Assembly (NCBI GenBank): GCA_963521685.1
Contig: CAUQVG010000002.1
Coordinates: 12,041-76,040, forward strand
DNA: 64,000 nt
DNA from: an uncultured Selenomonas sp.
GTDB lineage: Bacteria > Bacillota > Negativicutes > Selenomonadales > Selenomonadaceae
Direction of reading: 5' to 3'
This document shows positions 28,447 through 37,607 of the stretch, in pieces. The translations under genes were made by a program, and so were the position numbers. Under the pieces are notes generated by a model. It saw nothing but the letters and a program-made list of their open reading frames with translations. It was not told where the DNA came from and did not search any database. Position 1 is the stretch's first letter; each line of letters starts with the position of its first letter.

Positions 28447-30148
28447 GTGGGATCTCCTGATAGAAATACGTGTGGCCTGTGAGGTGGAGCTCCGTGTCAT
28501 GAAGGATAAAAAGGGTCGAGCGATGCCCGACGCTGATGATGCTCGCGGTGGGGAGTTCCTGATACAGCAGTTCATAGAGTGCACGTTCGCGCGGTTCATC
28601 GAGGGCGGATGTTGCCTCGTCGAGGAAAATCCAGTCCGGACGGATGAGCAGGATGCGTGCAAAAGCAAGGCGCTGCTGCTCGCCGAGTGAGAGGATGCGG
28701 CTCCAGTCATCTGTATCATCCAGCCGTGCAGCAAAATGCTCCAGTCCGACCAGCTTTAGAATGCGTGCAATCTCCGCATCCGGGGCTGCTGCCGTACGCG
28801 GATAGGAAAGTGCACGGCGCAGCGACCCGAGAACGAGATAGGGGCGTTGTGGAAGGAAGAGGCGGGACACCCCCTGCGGCAGACCGATCGTGCCGCTCCC
28901 GTAGGGCCATATTCCGGCGAGTGCACGCAGCAGGGTGCTCTTTCCTGCACCGGATGCGCCCGTCACGAGGACATGACTCCCGCGCGGAAGTGTCAGCGTA
29001 CATTGGCTGAGGAGCGGGGCCCCGTTCGGCAGCACAAGGGTGAGGTCCTGAAGCGTAAGTGCATCGTTTGTACTTTCCATGCGTACGATGTCGTTTTTAA
29101 CTCGCGCGGACTCCTCCATGTGCTCCGTAAACCCGGAGAGTCGCTGGATTACGGCAGCGAGCTCAGCGATGGAGCCGTACGATCCTACGAAGAAGGACAA
29201 GGCATCCTGTACGCGGCCGAATGCCGAGAGCGTCTGCATAAGGCCGCCGAGTGCCATCTCACCGGCATAGTAGCGCGGCGCCGCCATGATGAGCGGAAAG
29301 ATGATCGCAAGCTGACTGTATCCGTTGATGTAGAAGTTCAGCAGCTTCGTGCGGCGCATGAGTCCCCAGTAGTTCTTGATGACATTGGCGAACCGCTCTT
29401 TGAACCCGATCGCCTCTGCCGATTCGCCGCGATAGAATGCAATACTCTCGCTGTTCTCGCGCACGCGCATCATGCTGAAGCGGAAATCTGCTTCATACCG
29501 TTGCTGGTCGAAGTTGAGCCGGATGAGCTTCCGGCCGACCACATGGACGAAGTAGGTTCCAATCCCCGAGTAGAGAAGGGACAGCCAGAACATGTAGCCG
29601 TAGATCGTAAACTCTGTACTCCCGACGGGAACCGTCATGGCGCCTGAGAGATTCCAGAGAACAACGGCGAAAGCACCGAGCGTCGTGAGTTCTTTGAGAA
29701 CGCCGACGAGAAGCGTCAGCGTCAGCGAGACAAACTGGTTGATGTCTTCGCTGATGCGCTGGTCCGGGTTGTCTGTATCGGTGCGCAGCACCTGCAGACG
29801 ATAGTAGACCTGTCCGCGCATCCAGCGCGCGAGGTACTGCTCGGTCATCCATGTGCGCCAGCGAATCGTGAGCATCTGGCGGAGATAGACCGCATAGACG
29901 GCAATAAAAATATAGATGAAGGCGAGCCCCGTGAACTCGCCGATGAGAGGCCAGAATGAGGACCAGTTATATGCCTGCAGCGCATCGTAGAATATGCGGT
30001 ACCAGTCGTTGATCCGGACGAGCAGATAGACCATGATCAGGTTCAGTGCAATGACCGAGAAGAGCAGGCCGCGCGCCTTCCATTTCTCAGAGGCGTTCCA
30101 ATATTCTTTGAACAGCTGCCAAAATCCGCGCACGAGAGGGAACTTCAA
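28436..30148 (-). CDS. ABC transporter fused permease/ATPase, YddA/BacA(Rv1819c)-like
   Basis: DNPDQRI, EADFR, ESIAFYRG, GASGAGKS, LSLGEQQR, FLDEATSALD. Confidence 0.92.
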   Translation of the reverse strand: MKFPLVRGFWQLFKEYWNASEKWKARGLLFSVIALNLIMVYLLVRINDWYRIFYDALQAYNWSSFWPLIGEFTGLAFIYIFIAVYAVYLRQMLTIRWRTWMTEQYLARWMRGQVYYRLQVLRTDTDNPDQRISEDINQFVSLTLTLLVGVLKELTTLGAFAVVLWNLSGAMTVPVGSTEFTIYGYMFWLSLLYSGIGTYFVHVVGRKLIRLNFDQQRYEADFRFSMMRVRENSESIAFYRGESAEAIGFKERFANVIKNYWGLMRRTKLLNFYINGYSQLAIIFPLIMAAPRYYAGEMALGGLMQTLSAFGRVQDALSFFVGSYGSIAELAAVIQRLSGFTEHMEESARVKNDIVRMESTNDALTLQDLTLVLPNGAPLLSQCTLTLPRGSHVLVTGASGAGKSTLLRALAGIWPYGSGTIGLPQGVSRLFLPQRPYLVLGSLRRALSYPRTAAAPDAEIARILKLVGLEHFAARLDDTDDWSRILSLGEQQRLAFARILLIRPDWIFLDEATSALDEPRERALYELLYQELPTASIISVGHRSTLFILHDTELHLTGHTYFYQEIPHEP

Positions 30149-30348
30149 TCTGCATCCTCCTTTGTGAAAGAACGGCTTTCATTATAATATGTTTTCCCAT
30201 CGACCGCAAGCTATACGGACAGGATAAGGCAGATATAATGATATATTGGCAGTCGTTGACGCAGGGGAGAATATATAGTAGAATAAGTCGAATTCTGAAA
30301 GATGAGCGCAGACTGTTGTACTTTATACATAGAAAGAAAAGGTGCATA

Positions 30349-31038
30349 ATGGGTTATATTGCGCAGGGGATTGAATTTTTTCAGCAGGGCGGCATTGTCA
30401 TGTACTTCCTGCTTGCAGCGTCGATTTTAGTGGTCTTTATCGGGATCGAGCGTGCGCTGTACTTCGGCCGCGCAGATGCGGGGCGAGCATTTGCACGGGC
30501 CTTCATGCTGCACATCGCCAATGGTCAGTTCAAGGAGGCTCTGGCTCTGGCAGAGAAGGAGCGCGGCGCACTTGCCGATATTCTGTTCAGTGCGATTTCC
30601 AAGAACAGCAAGAACTCCCGCAAGATGTCCTCCTACATGGAGATTCAGTCCGGCATCGCACTGTCGAAGCTGCGCAATCGCATGTACTATCTGAGCGTCA
30701 TCGTTACAATGGCACCGCTCCTCGGTCTGCTCGGCACGATCAGCGGCATGATCTCGACGTTCAGTGTGTTTAACATTGAGGCGGGGGAGCCGAGCGCGAT
30801 TACGGGCGGTGTCGGTGAGGCGCTCATTGCGACGGCGATGGGCCTGTGTGTCGCGATCATTGCACTTGCAGTGCATGCGTATTTCTCTCAACGCATTGAG
30901 AACATCGTTACGGATATGGAGATGTGCTTCTCCGCTGCCGAGAACAGCCGGATAGAGCTGGCGCGTGCAGCAGGCGTGAAGGGTGTGATCGAGACCTCCC
31001 TGCACAGCGGAGACGCAGCGGAAGGTGATGAGGCATGA
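30349..31038 (+). CDS. exbB: MotA/TolQ/ExbB proton channel protein
   Basis: GGIVMY, APLLGLLGTISGMI, GVGEALIATAMGL. Confidence 0.9.
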   Translation: MGYIAQGIEFFQQGGIVMYFLLAASILVVFIGIERALYFGRADAGRAFARAFMLHIANGQFKEALALAEKERGALADILFSAISKNSKNSRKMSSYMEIQSGIALSKLRNRMYYLSVIVTMAPLLGLLGTISGMISTFSVFNIEAGEPSAITGGVGEALIATAMGLCVAIIALAVHAYFSQRIENIVTDMEMCFSAAENSRIELARAAGVKGVIETSLHSGDAAEGDEA

Positions 31039-31433
31039 GACTGCGCGACAGAAGGGCCTTTGAAAAGCCCGAGGTCATGATCATCCCCATGATCGACATC
31101 ATGTTCTTTCTGCTCGTGTTCTTCATTATGAGCACGCTTTATATGGTGAATCTTAAGACCGTTGACGTGAATCTGCCGAAGGCGCAGACGGCACAGACAC
31201 AACTGAACGTGACCTATCTCGTCACCGTGCGCAAGGATGGTTCGCTCTGGCTCGAGGATCAGCAGATCGACGAGGGAACCCTTCTGCGCCGTGCACGTGC
31301 GGAAAGCCAGAAGAACCAGCGCTTTGCCGTTGTCGTGCGTGCGGATGGAGACATGAATTACAGCGGGGTCATGGATCTGCTCGATAAATTCCGTAAGGAA
31401 GGCATCACGCGGTTCGGCCTTGCGGCGGAGTAA
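31035..31433 (+). CDS. exbD: ExbD/TolR protein
   Basis: IPMIDIMFFLLVFFI, VNLPKA, VRAD. Confidence 0.92.
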   Translation: MRLRDRRAFEKPEVMIIPMIDIMFFLLVFFIMSTLYMVNLKTVDVNLPKAQTAQTQLNVTYLVTVRKDGSLWLEDQQIDEGTLLRRARAESQKNQRFAVVVRADGDMNYSGVMDLLDKFRKEGITRFGLAAE

Positions 31434-31440
31434 AGCACAG

Positions 31441-31473
31441 AAAAAAAGCGGAGTCAAACAGCTCCGCTTTTTT
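31441..31473. terminator. Bidirectional terminator
   Basis: A7-GCGGAG...CTCCGC-T6. Confidence 0.8.
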
Positions 31474-31476
31474 GCG

Positions 31477-33168
31477 TTATGGGGATATTGCGGCGGACGG
31501 CCGGGCATTGAGCCGTATCTCGAAGGTGCGCGGCCACGGGTAGTATGCCGTGATATTGCTTTGCACAAGGTGCAGACGCATCTCTCCTCTTTGAAATGGA
31601 GTGCGGAATGCGGCAGCAGATTCATAGCTGCGCATGCGGCGGCTCAGATCGTTCATCAAGAGATCGTTTGCCCAGCGCCAATTCCTCGTGAGGTCGAGGT
31701 CGGCGGTGTTCCGATAGCCCGCAGTGCGGAGTGTGTCATTCACGCGATCGATGCTTTCCTTTAAATAGAACGTATCCTCTGCAATACGTCCCGTGAGGAA
31801 CGCAAGATTCGCATGAAGTGCCGATTCATGGTCTGCCTGCGTCTTTGCATTTGCCATGGCGCAGTGATAGAGTATAGCCTGTGCAAGCGCCGTGCCGATC
31901 GCATTGCTTGCCGTGTTCCATCCCGCATATGCTGTGAGGGCGTTCACAGACACGTTCTTTTCGATCAAGATGGGGAGGAGAGATTCCTCTGCGTGAAAGT
32001 GACGTGAGAGATCGACGAGAGCGACGGACTTTTGCTCCGCCAACATGTCTTTGATGGCCTCTGCGGCAGGTGCACGCGTGCCGAGCGTATCTGCTTTGTT
32101 ATCGCCCGCCGAGATGAGGAGCGTCAAGTCGCTGTCCGTGTCATTCTCTGCAGGCATTGCGCCGAGCATGGTGATCTTCTCATGCGCTGTCATATCGTTT
32201 GAGATCGCCATAAAGGGGAAAACAGCATCGTCCATGGCAGGACCGGCGTATCGGACAGCAACGCGCGGGGCAGTGGTTCCGCGGGGGTGCAGCTCGTCCA
32301 CAGAGATACGTGCCAGAAGAGAAAGCGCAATCTCGTCCGCGCCATGCACAATCATCGCTCGATCGGCGGCAATGTTTTTTTGTGCAAGCAGGTCGGCAAT
32401 TTCCATCTTTTTCAGATTGCCGACCGAATATTCTTCACCGTCATCCTGCCCGAGGACGAGCCGTGTGAGCACCCCCTCCTCGGTGAGCTCGATGAGCATC
32501 TTCGCGAGTGATGTGCTCTCCTCGAAGTGGGCGAGATACTTTTCCAGATAGGCCGGTGGGAACTGTCCGCGCAGACGTTCCATCTCCTCAGTATCAACGG
32601 GAAGGCCTTCGCCTGTGCGTCCGAGGAGACGTGCGTAAGCAAGAAGGGCACGCCGTTCCCGCCAGCCCTCGATGCCGTCCTGCGGGATGGCGCGGGGCAG
32701 GATGTAGAAAGCATGCAGGGGGACGTTCGGATGTGCCCGGTGAAGCGCTCGCAGATCATCTGCAAGAGCCGCTGTATCTTCCTCAGAGATATGGGCCTCG
32801 CGCGCCGCGAGCAGTCCGCCCGACAGCAGCTGATCAATTGAGAGTATGGCGGCGGATGCGCTGCCTGCGTTCTCCGCAAGCCATTTCCGCATTGTAGCCG
32901 TATTGCCGGGCTGTGTGTAGTAATCCATGTATTCTGTTGGGGGCGTCACAATATCCCGCCCGATAATCTTTCCGCCGTTTATCACGAAATCCCTGCACGG
33001 GGGGCGCGAGTCGAGCGGCACGAGGAGGATGGGCAGCTGGGTTGCTGTGCTTTTTGTCGTCTCGGGAAGTGTGCGCCATTGCCCTGTATATGAAGGGTGA
33101 AATACACAATGAAAGAGGAGAACGGCGACCGATAAGAAGAGTGCTGCTGTGAGAAAAGTTTTTTTCAT
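31477..33168 (-). CDS. Exported DUF4127-like protein
   Basis: Signal/anchor; VPLDSRP, SIDQL..GGL, GQDD, GADE, YAGWNTASN, PWPRTFE motifs. Confidence 0.78.
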   Translation of the reverse strand: MKKTFLTAALFLSVAVLLFHCVFHPSYTGQWRTLPETTKSTATQLPILLVPLDSRPPCRDFVINGGKIIGRDIVTPPTEYMDYYTQPGNTATMRKWLAENAGSASAAILSIDQLLSGGLLAAREAHISEEDTAALADDLRALHRAHPNVPLHAFYILPRAIPQDGIEGWRERRALLAYARLLGRTGEGLPVDTEEMERLRGQFPPAYLEKYLAHFEESTSLAKMLIELTEEGVLTRLVLGQDDGEEYSVGNLKKMEIADLLAQKNIAADRAMIVHGADEIALSLLARISVDELHPRGTTAPRVAVRYAGPAMDDAVFPFMAISNDMTAHEKITMLGAMPAENDTDSDLTLLISAGDNKADTLGTRAPAAEAIKDMLAEQKSVALVDLSRHFHAEESLLPILIEKNVSVNALTAYAGWNTASNAIGTALAQAILYHCAMANAKTQADHESALHANLAFLTGRIAEDTFYLKESIDRVNDTLRTAGYRNTADLDLTRNWRWANDLLMNDLSRRMRSYESAAAFRTPFQRGEMRLHLVQSNITAYYPWPRTFEIRLNARPSAAISP

Positions 33169-33291
33169 TGGCTTGCTCCATTTATTGTTTCCATATTATA
33201 ACACAGTTTTGCTCTAAACGGACAGGTTGAAATGCGAATGTAAATTGTGGTAAAATAGGTACGCCTATGGTAAAATAGCGGGAGGAATGCA

Positions 33292-33840
33292 ATGCGGATC
33301 ATTACGGGCAGCGCCCGCGGCACGCGCCTGAAAGCCCCTCCGGGGGATGAGACGCGGCCGACGGCTGACCGGACGCGCGAGGCCCTCTTCAGCATGCTGA
33401 GCGGACGTGCAGCAGATGCACACGTGCTTGATCTCTTTGCGGGGACCGGTGCGCTCGGACTCGAGGCCCTCTCACGCGGCGCGCAGAGTGCTGTGCTCAT
33501 TGACCGTGCAACGCATGCTGTACTGGTTGAGAATGTGCGCCGTACGCGGATGGAGGAACGTGCGGAGATCCTGCGCGGCGATGCCTACGGACATGCAGCG
33601 GCACTCGCCCGCGAAGCGCGCGCGTTCGATCTCATCTTTGCCGATCCGCCTTATGGGCAGGAGGATCATGTTCGTCTGCTCTCTGCTGCAGGAGGGCTGC
33701 TTGCCCCCGGCGGACTCTTCGTCCTTGAACAGGGGGCCGATGAGCAGGTGATCGCGCAGGCAGGCGGCCTCTCACTCGTGCGTGAGCGACGGTACGGCGC
33801 GGCGCGCATTTGTTTTTACACGCAGGAGGTGCGGGAATGA
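33292..33840 (+). CDS. rsmD: 16S rRNA m2G966 methyltransferase
   Basis: MRIITG, RPTADR, LDLFAGTG, LEALSRGA, FADPPY. Confidence 0.95.
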   Translation: MRIITGSARGTRLKAPPGDETRPTADRTREALFSMLSGRAADAHVLDLFAGTGALGLEALSRGAQSAVLIDRATHAVLVENVRRTRMEERAEILRGDAYGHAAALAREARAFDLIFADPPYGQEDHVRLLSAAGGLLAPGGLFVLEQGADEQVIAQAGGLSLVRERRYGAARICFYTQEVRE

Positions 33841-34319
33841 GACGAGCGGTGTTTGCCGGGAGTTTTGACCCCGTGACGACGGGCCATATTGATATTATTG
33901 AGCGCTCGGCGTCGATGTTTGATGAACTCATTGTCTGCATCTTCCACAATGTTCAGAAGGACGGATGTTTCCCGCTGGACGACCGCATCCAGTTTCTGCG
34001 CGAAGCGACAGCACACGTGCCGAATGTGCGCGTGGATGTGTCCTCCGGTCTGCTCACGGACTACATGAAGCAAGAGGGGGCACGTGTTGTGGTGCGCGGG
34101 CTGCGCTCGGTAAAGGACTTCGAGTATGAGGAGAATCACGCATCGATGATCCGGCATCTGATGCCGGAGAGCGATACGATATTTTTACTGACGCGTCCCG
34201 ACCTGACCTTTGTCAGTTCCTCGGGCGTGCGGGAACTCATCCGCTTCCGCGGACCGGTGCAGGGGATTGTACCGCCGGCGGTGGAGCGGGCGATTCTGAA
34301 ACTGTATAGGAATCACTGA
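33837..34319 (+). CDS. coaD: Pantetheine-phosphate adenylyltransferase (last codons supplied by a MITE)
   Basis: GSFDPVTTGH, VRGLR..DFEYE, VSSSGV. Confidence 0.96.
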   Translation: MRRAVFAGSFDPVTTGHIDIIERSASMFDELIVCIFHNVQKDGCFPLDDRIQFLREATAHVPNVRVDVSSGLLTDYMKQEGARVVVRGLRSVKDFEYEENHASMIRHLMPESDTIFLLTRPDLTFVSSSGVRELIRFRGPVQGIVPPAVERAILKLYRNH

Positions 34320-34473
34320 TAAAATGAAGTCCGTCAGATTGGCGCAGAATTTTTGTCCTGTCAAGGATACAAACCGGACGCATAGCCGGTGTGCTATGTG
34401 GAGGATTTCTTGACGCTGGCAGGGCGAAAAGGATGTCCCAAGATGGCGGTGCTGAATTTATCAGTGATTCCTA
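34307..34473. mobile_element. 167-bp MITE with perfect 17-bp terminal inverted repeats bounded by TA
   Basis: TAGGAATCACTGATAAA (34307-34323) / TTTATCAGTGATTCCTA (34457-34473); internal CATAGC/GCTATG hairpin; non-coding. Confidence 0.85.
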
Positions 34474-34526
34474 AAAAGCCCCAACGGGGATAAGGCGCAC
34501 AGTGCGCAGGAAAAGGAGTTAGATTT

Positions 34527-35066
34527 ATGGCAGTAATCGATACGCTGAAAAAACTGGAAGATCTGGTTGCGGATGCCTCGCATCTTCCGTTTAGCGACAA
34601 GGCGCTCGTCAACGATGATGAGATTGTGCATCTCGTCGAGGAACTGCGCATGGATCTCCCGAAGGAGCTGAACCGTGCAGCGGAGATCATGCAGGAGCAG
34701 GAGAATATCATTGGCCGTGCGCGTGATGAGGCAAAGGACATCCTTGACAGTGCACAGACGCGTGCCAATCAGCTGCTCGAGGAGAGCGAGATCGTCATCC
34801 AGGCGAAGGAGCGTGCCCGTGCAATCATGCAGCAGACGCAGGAGCAGGCCCGCGAGATAATGGAGCAGGCCCAGGAGGGCGCTGCGCGTCTTCAGAGCGA
34901 TGCGGATGCTTATGCAAACCAGGTGTTTGAGCAGCTGATTGCACACGTTGGAAGCACCTTCAAAGGGGTTCAGCAGGCGGAGGCAGGCCTGAACCAGGCG
35001 ATGAATGTTCTGCGCACGGCAAAGGCGCAGATGAATGCGCCGCAGGGCGATGTACAGGAACTCTGA
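34527..35066 (+). CDS. Conserved coiled-coil protein of the coaD-yceD locus (DivIVA/ATPase subunit b-like)
   Basis: LEDLV..A..LPF, LPKEL..A, long A/Q/E heptad repeats. Confidence 0.8.
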   Translation: MAVIDTLKKLEDLVADASHLPFSDKALVNDDEIVHLVEELRMDLPKELNRAAEIMQEQENIIGRARDEAKDILDSAQTRANQLLEESEIVIQAKERARAIMQQTQEQAREIMEQAQEGAARLQSDADAYANQVFEQLIAHVGSTFKGVQQAEAGLNQAMNVLRTAKAQMNAPQGDVQEL

Positions 35067-35131
35067 GATCGCTGAAAAACGTTCCTTGACAATGCCCGTA
35101 ACCATCGCTATAATGTGAAAGGTCATGCGTC

Positions 35132-35632
35132 ATGATGAAGCTCGATATTGCGGAGACGGCATTTGCACTCGGCGAGAGCCGCAGTTTTTCGTTTTTGGTG
35201 CCGCCGGATTCCCTCGATATGGGCGCGGATGCTCTGCATTTCAGCGGTGATGTCCGTGTTGATGGGACCGTGATGAATACGGGACGAACGTTCCGTGTGG
35301 CAGGTGAGATCAGAGCTTGTCGTACATTCACCTGTGACCGTTGCCTTACAGAGGGGCAGCGGGATATGATGCTTGATTTTTCAGAGGACTATGCGAAGAC
35401 TCCGGGAGAAGCGGATGAGGCAGCGCCTTGTGACGGCGATGCGATCATCATCGACGAACTTGTTCGTGACACCCTCCTTGTGGCTGAGCCGCTGCGTGAG
35501 CTGTGCAAGTCTGATTGCAGGGGGCTCTGTCCGGTCTGTGGGCAGAACCTGAACGAAGGGGCATGCGGCTGCGATACATTCGTGCCCGATCCCCGACTGG
35601 CGGCTTTAGAGAGCCTATTGAAAAATAATTAA
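35132..35632 (+). CDS. YceD/DUF177 family protein
   Basis: CDRCL, CKSDCRGLCPVCG.NLN, DPRLAAL; upstream of rpmF. Confidence 0.9.
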   Translation: MMKLDIAETAFALGESRSFSFLVPPDSLDMGADALHFSGDVRVDGTVMNTGRTFRVAGEIRACRTFTCDRCLTEGQRDMMLDFSEDYAKTPGEADEAAPCDGDAIIIDELVRDTLLVAEPLRELCKSDCRGLCPVCGQNLNEGACGCDTFVPDPRLAALESLLKNN

Positions 35633-35647
35633 GGAGGTGTATCCAAA

Positions 35648-35827
35648 GTGGCAGTACCAAAGAGAAAAACATCGAAAGCACGCCGCGATCGCCGTCGTGC
35701 AAATTGGAAGCTCGAAGCACCGCACTATGTATCGTGCCCGCAGTGTCATGAGCCAAAGCTCCCGCATCACGTGTGCATGGAGTGCGGTTACTATGACGGA
35801 AAACCTGTGGCTGAGGCTGCTGAATGA
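35648..35827 (+). CDS. rpmF: 50S ribosomal protein L32 (Zn-ribbon form); absent from the ORF track
   Basis: GTG after [26 protein letters not shown]...[15 protein letters not shown], 59 aa. Confidence 0.97.
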   Translation: MAVPKRKTSKARRDRRRANWKLEAPHYVSCPQCHEPKLPHHVCMECGYYDGKPVAEAAE

Positions 35828-35839
35828 GAACCATCCGGG

Positions 35840-35885
35840 CTGCCGCAAGAAGTCCTTTGACTTTTGCGGCGGCTCTTATTTTTTT
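35840..35885 (+). terminator. Terminator after rpmF
   Basis: GCCGCAAGAAGTC-CTTT-GACTTTTGCGGC followed by a T-rich tract. Confidence 0.7.
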
Positions 35886-35895
35886 ACTTTTTCTC

Positions 35896-35953
35896 TTGCA
35901 TTTTTTTTTAGCACCTAGTATAATGCTTTCATACTGATAGCATCTGGTGCTAA
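35896..35953 (+). promoter_or_regulatory. fapR promoter with two FapR-type operators
   Basis: TTGCAT-17 bp-TATAAT; TTAGCACCTAGTATAAT (35908-35924) and ATAGCATCTGGTGCTAA (35937-35953) resemble the 17-bp Firmicute FapR palindrome. Confidence 0.7.
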
Positions 35954-36008
35954 AAATAAAACATGAATGCAGACTTGCATTGGAGTGTTTTGCGAGAGGA
36001 GTGGTGCG

Positions 36009-36563
36009 ATGACGGAGAAGAAGCGGCGGCGGCATGAGACGCTGATCGCGGCGGTACGCAAGGAACCCTTCCTGACGGATGAGGCGCTTGCCAAACGCCT
36101 TGGGGTCAGTGTGCAGACGGTGCGCCTCGATCGGACCGAGCTGGGCATCCCGGAACTGCGCGCCCGTGTCCGTACGCTCGCGGAAAATGCACGCGAAAAG
36201 GTGCGTGCCATTCCGCACGCAGAGGTGATTGGTGATCTTCTCTCGCTGGAACTGGGCATTCGGGGAACCTCGGCACTCAAGGTGACGGAGGATCTTATCT
36301 TTGCCGAGTCGGAGATTGCGCGCGGTACTGCTCTGTTCTCACAGGCAAACTCACTGGCTCTTGCGATCATCGATGCTCCTGTTGCCATGACCGGCGTTGC
36401 CAATGTAAAGTATAAGGTCCCCGTATGCAAAGGGGATACGGTCATTGCGCACGCGGAGATTGTGAAGGTGCGCGGGAATAAGATTTTTGTATGGGTGAAG
36501 ACGCTGCGTGAGGGCAAAGAGGTCTTTCGTGCAAAGTTCATCGTGGTGTCACTCAATCGGTGA
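36009..36563 (+). CDS. fapR: Malonyl-CoA-sensing fatty acid regulator
   Basis: EPFLTDE.LA..LGVSVQTVRLDR.ELGIPELR, FSQANSLA hot-dog domain. Confidence 0.95.
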   Translation: MTEKKRRRHETLIAAVRKEPFLTDEALAKRLGVSVQTVRLDRTELGIPELRARVRTLAENAREKVRAIPHAEVIGDLLSLELGIRGTSALKVTEDLIFAESEIARGTALFSQANSLALAIIDAPVAMTGVANVKYKVPVCKGDTVIAHAEIVKVRGNKIFVWVKTLREGKEVFRAKFIVVSLNR

Positions 36564-36593
36564 CAGGATAGGCATGCGGGAAGGGAGTGCAGG

Positions 36594-37607
36594 ATGCGGA
36601 TAGCGATCGATGCGATGGGCGGTGATTTCGCTCCGAAGGAAATTGTGCGGGGCGCCGTGGATGCAGCGAAAGAATACGACTGCGAGATCGTGCTGATCGG
36701 GGACGAGGAGAAGATTCGCGCTGAACTGCAGGGCGAAAATACCGATGCCCTGCGCATCTCCATCGTACATGCATCTGAGGTCATCGGCATGGATGAGCAT
36801 CCGGCAGAGGCGGTCCGCATAAAGAAGGACTCCTCGATTGTGGTAGCAACGCGCCTTGTGAAGGAGGGGACCTGCGATGCAGTGCTCTCGGCGGGGTCAA
36901 CCGGCGCTGCGGTAGCGGCAGCACAGCTGATCCTGCACCGGATTCGCGGAGTCGGACGACCGACGATCGCGACGCCGATGCCGACGCCGGACGGCGTGAC
37001 GCTCATGCTCGACTCGGGGGCGAATGTGGACTCGCGTCCGGAGCATCTGGTGCAGAGTGCAGTCATGGGATCACTCTATGCGCAGTACGTTTTCGGCATT
37101 GAACATCCGCGCGTCGGCCTCCTCAACATCGGTGAGGAGGAGACGAAGGGGAACGAGCAGGCGAAAGAGACCTACCAGCTCCTTAAGGCAGAGCCGAACA
37201 TCCGATTTACCGGAAACGCAGAGGGCAGAGACGTCCCCAAGGGTAACTTCGACGTGGTTGTCTGCGACGGTTTTGTCGGCAACGTCGTGCTGAAATTTGC
37301 AGAGGGCCTTGCAAAGACGATCCTCGGGCTGATCCAGGAGGAGATTCGCGGGGCTGGAATCATGGCAAAGGCCGGTGCGCTTCTCCTTATGCCGACCCTG
37401 CGCCGTCTCGGCAAGCGGCTCGATGTCCGCGAGTACGGCGGTGCACCGCTTCTTGGCGTGAACGGCTGCTGCGTGATCGGGCACGGCTCCTCAGATGCAA
37501 AGTCGATTGCGAGCGCCATCGGTGTCACGGTGGACTATGTAAACGGGAAGGTGCTCGATCAGATCCGTGAAGCTCTGGCAAAGGAGGGGGATTCGAATCG
37601 TGCCTAA
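36594..37607 (+). CDS. plsX: Phosphate acyltransferase
   Basis: IAIDAMGGDFAP, SAGSTGA, DGFVGNV. Confidence 0.97.
   Translation: MRIAIDAMGGDFAPKEIVRGAVDAAKEYDCEIVLIGDEEKIRAELQGENTDALRISIVHASEVIGMDEHPAEAVRIKKDSSIVVATRLVKEGTCDAVLSAGSTGAAVAAAQLILHRIRGVGRPTIATPMPTPDGVTLMLDSGANVDSRPEHLVQSAVMGSLYAQYVFGIEHPRVGLLNIGEEETKGNEQAKETYQLLKAEPNIRFTGNAEGRDVPKGNFDVVVCDGFVGNVVLKFAEGLAKTILGLIQEEIRGAGIMAKAGALLLMPTLRRLGKRLDVREYGGAPLLGVNGCCVIGHGSSDAKSIASAIGVTVDYVNGKVLDQIREALAKEGDSNRA

Noticed and set aside
35901..35909. T9 tract in the fapR promoter spacer (also T7 in the cysE promoter and A8 in trkH) as phase-variation sites
   Set aside because: The tracts are short, the spacing or frame is currently optimal, and one sequence gives no evidence of variation.
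35637..35918. 93-aa ORF listed in the track
   Set aside because: Wrong frame; the real gene is rpmF at 35648-35827.
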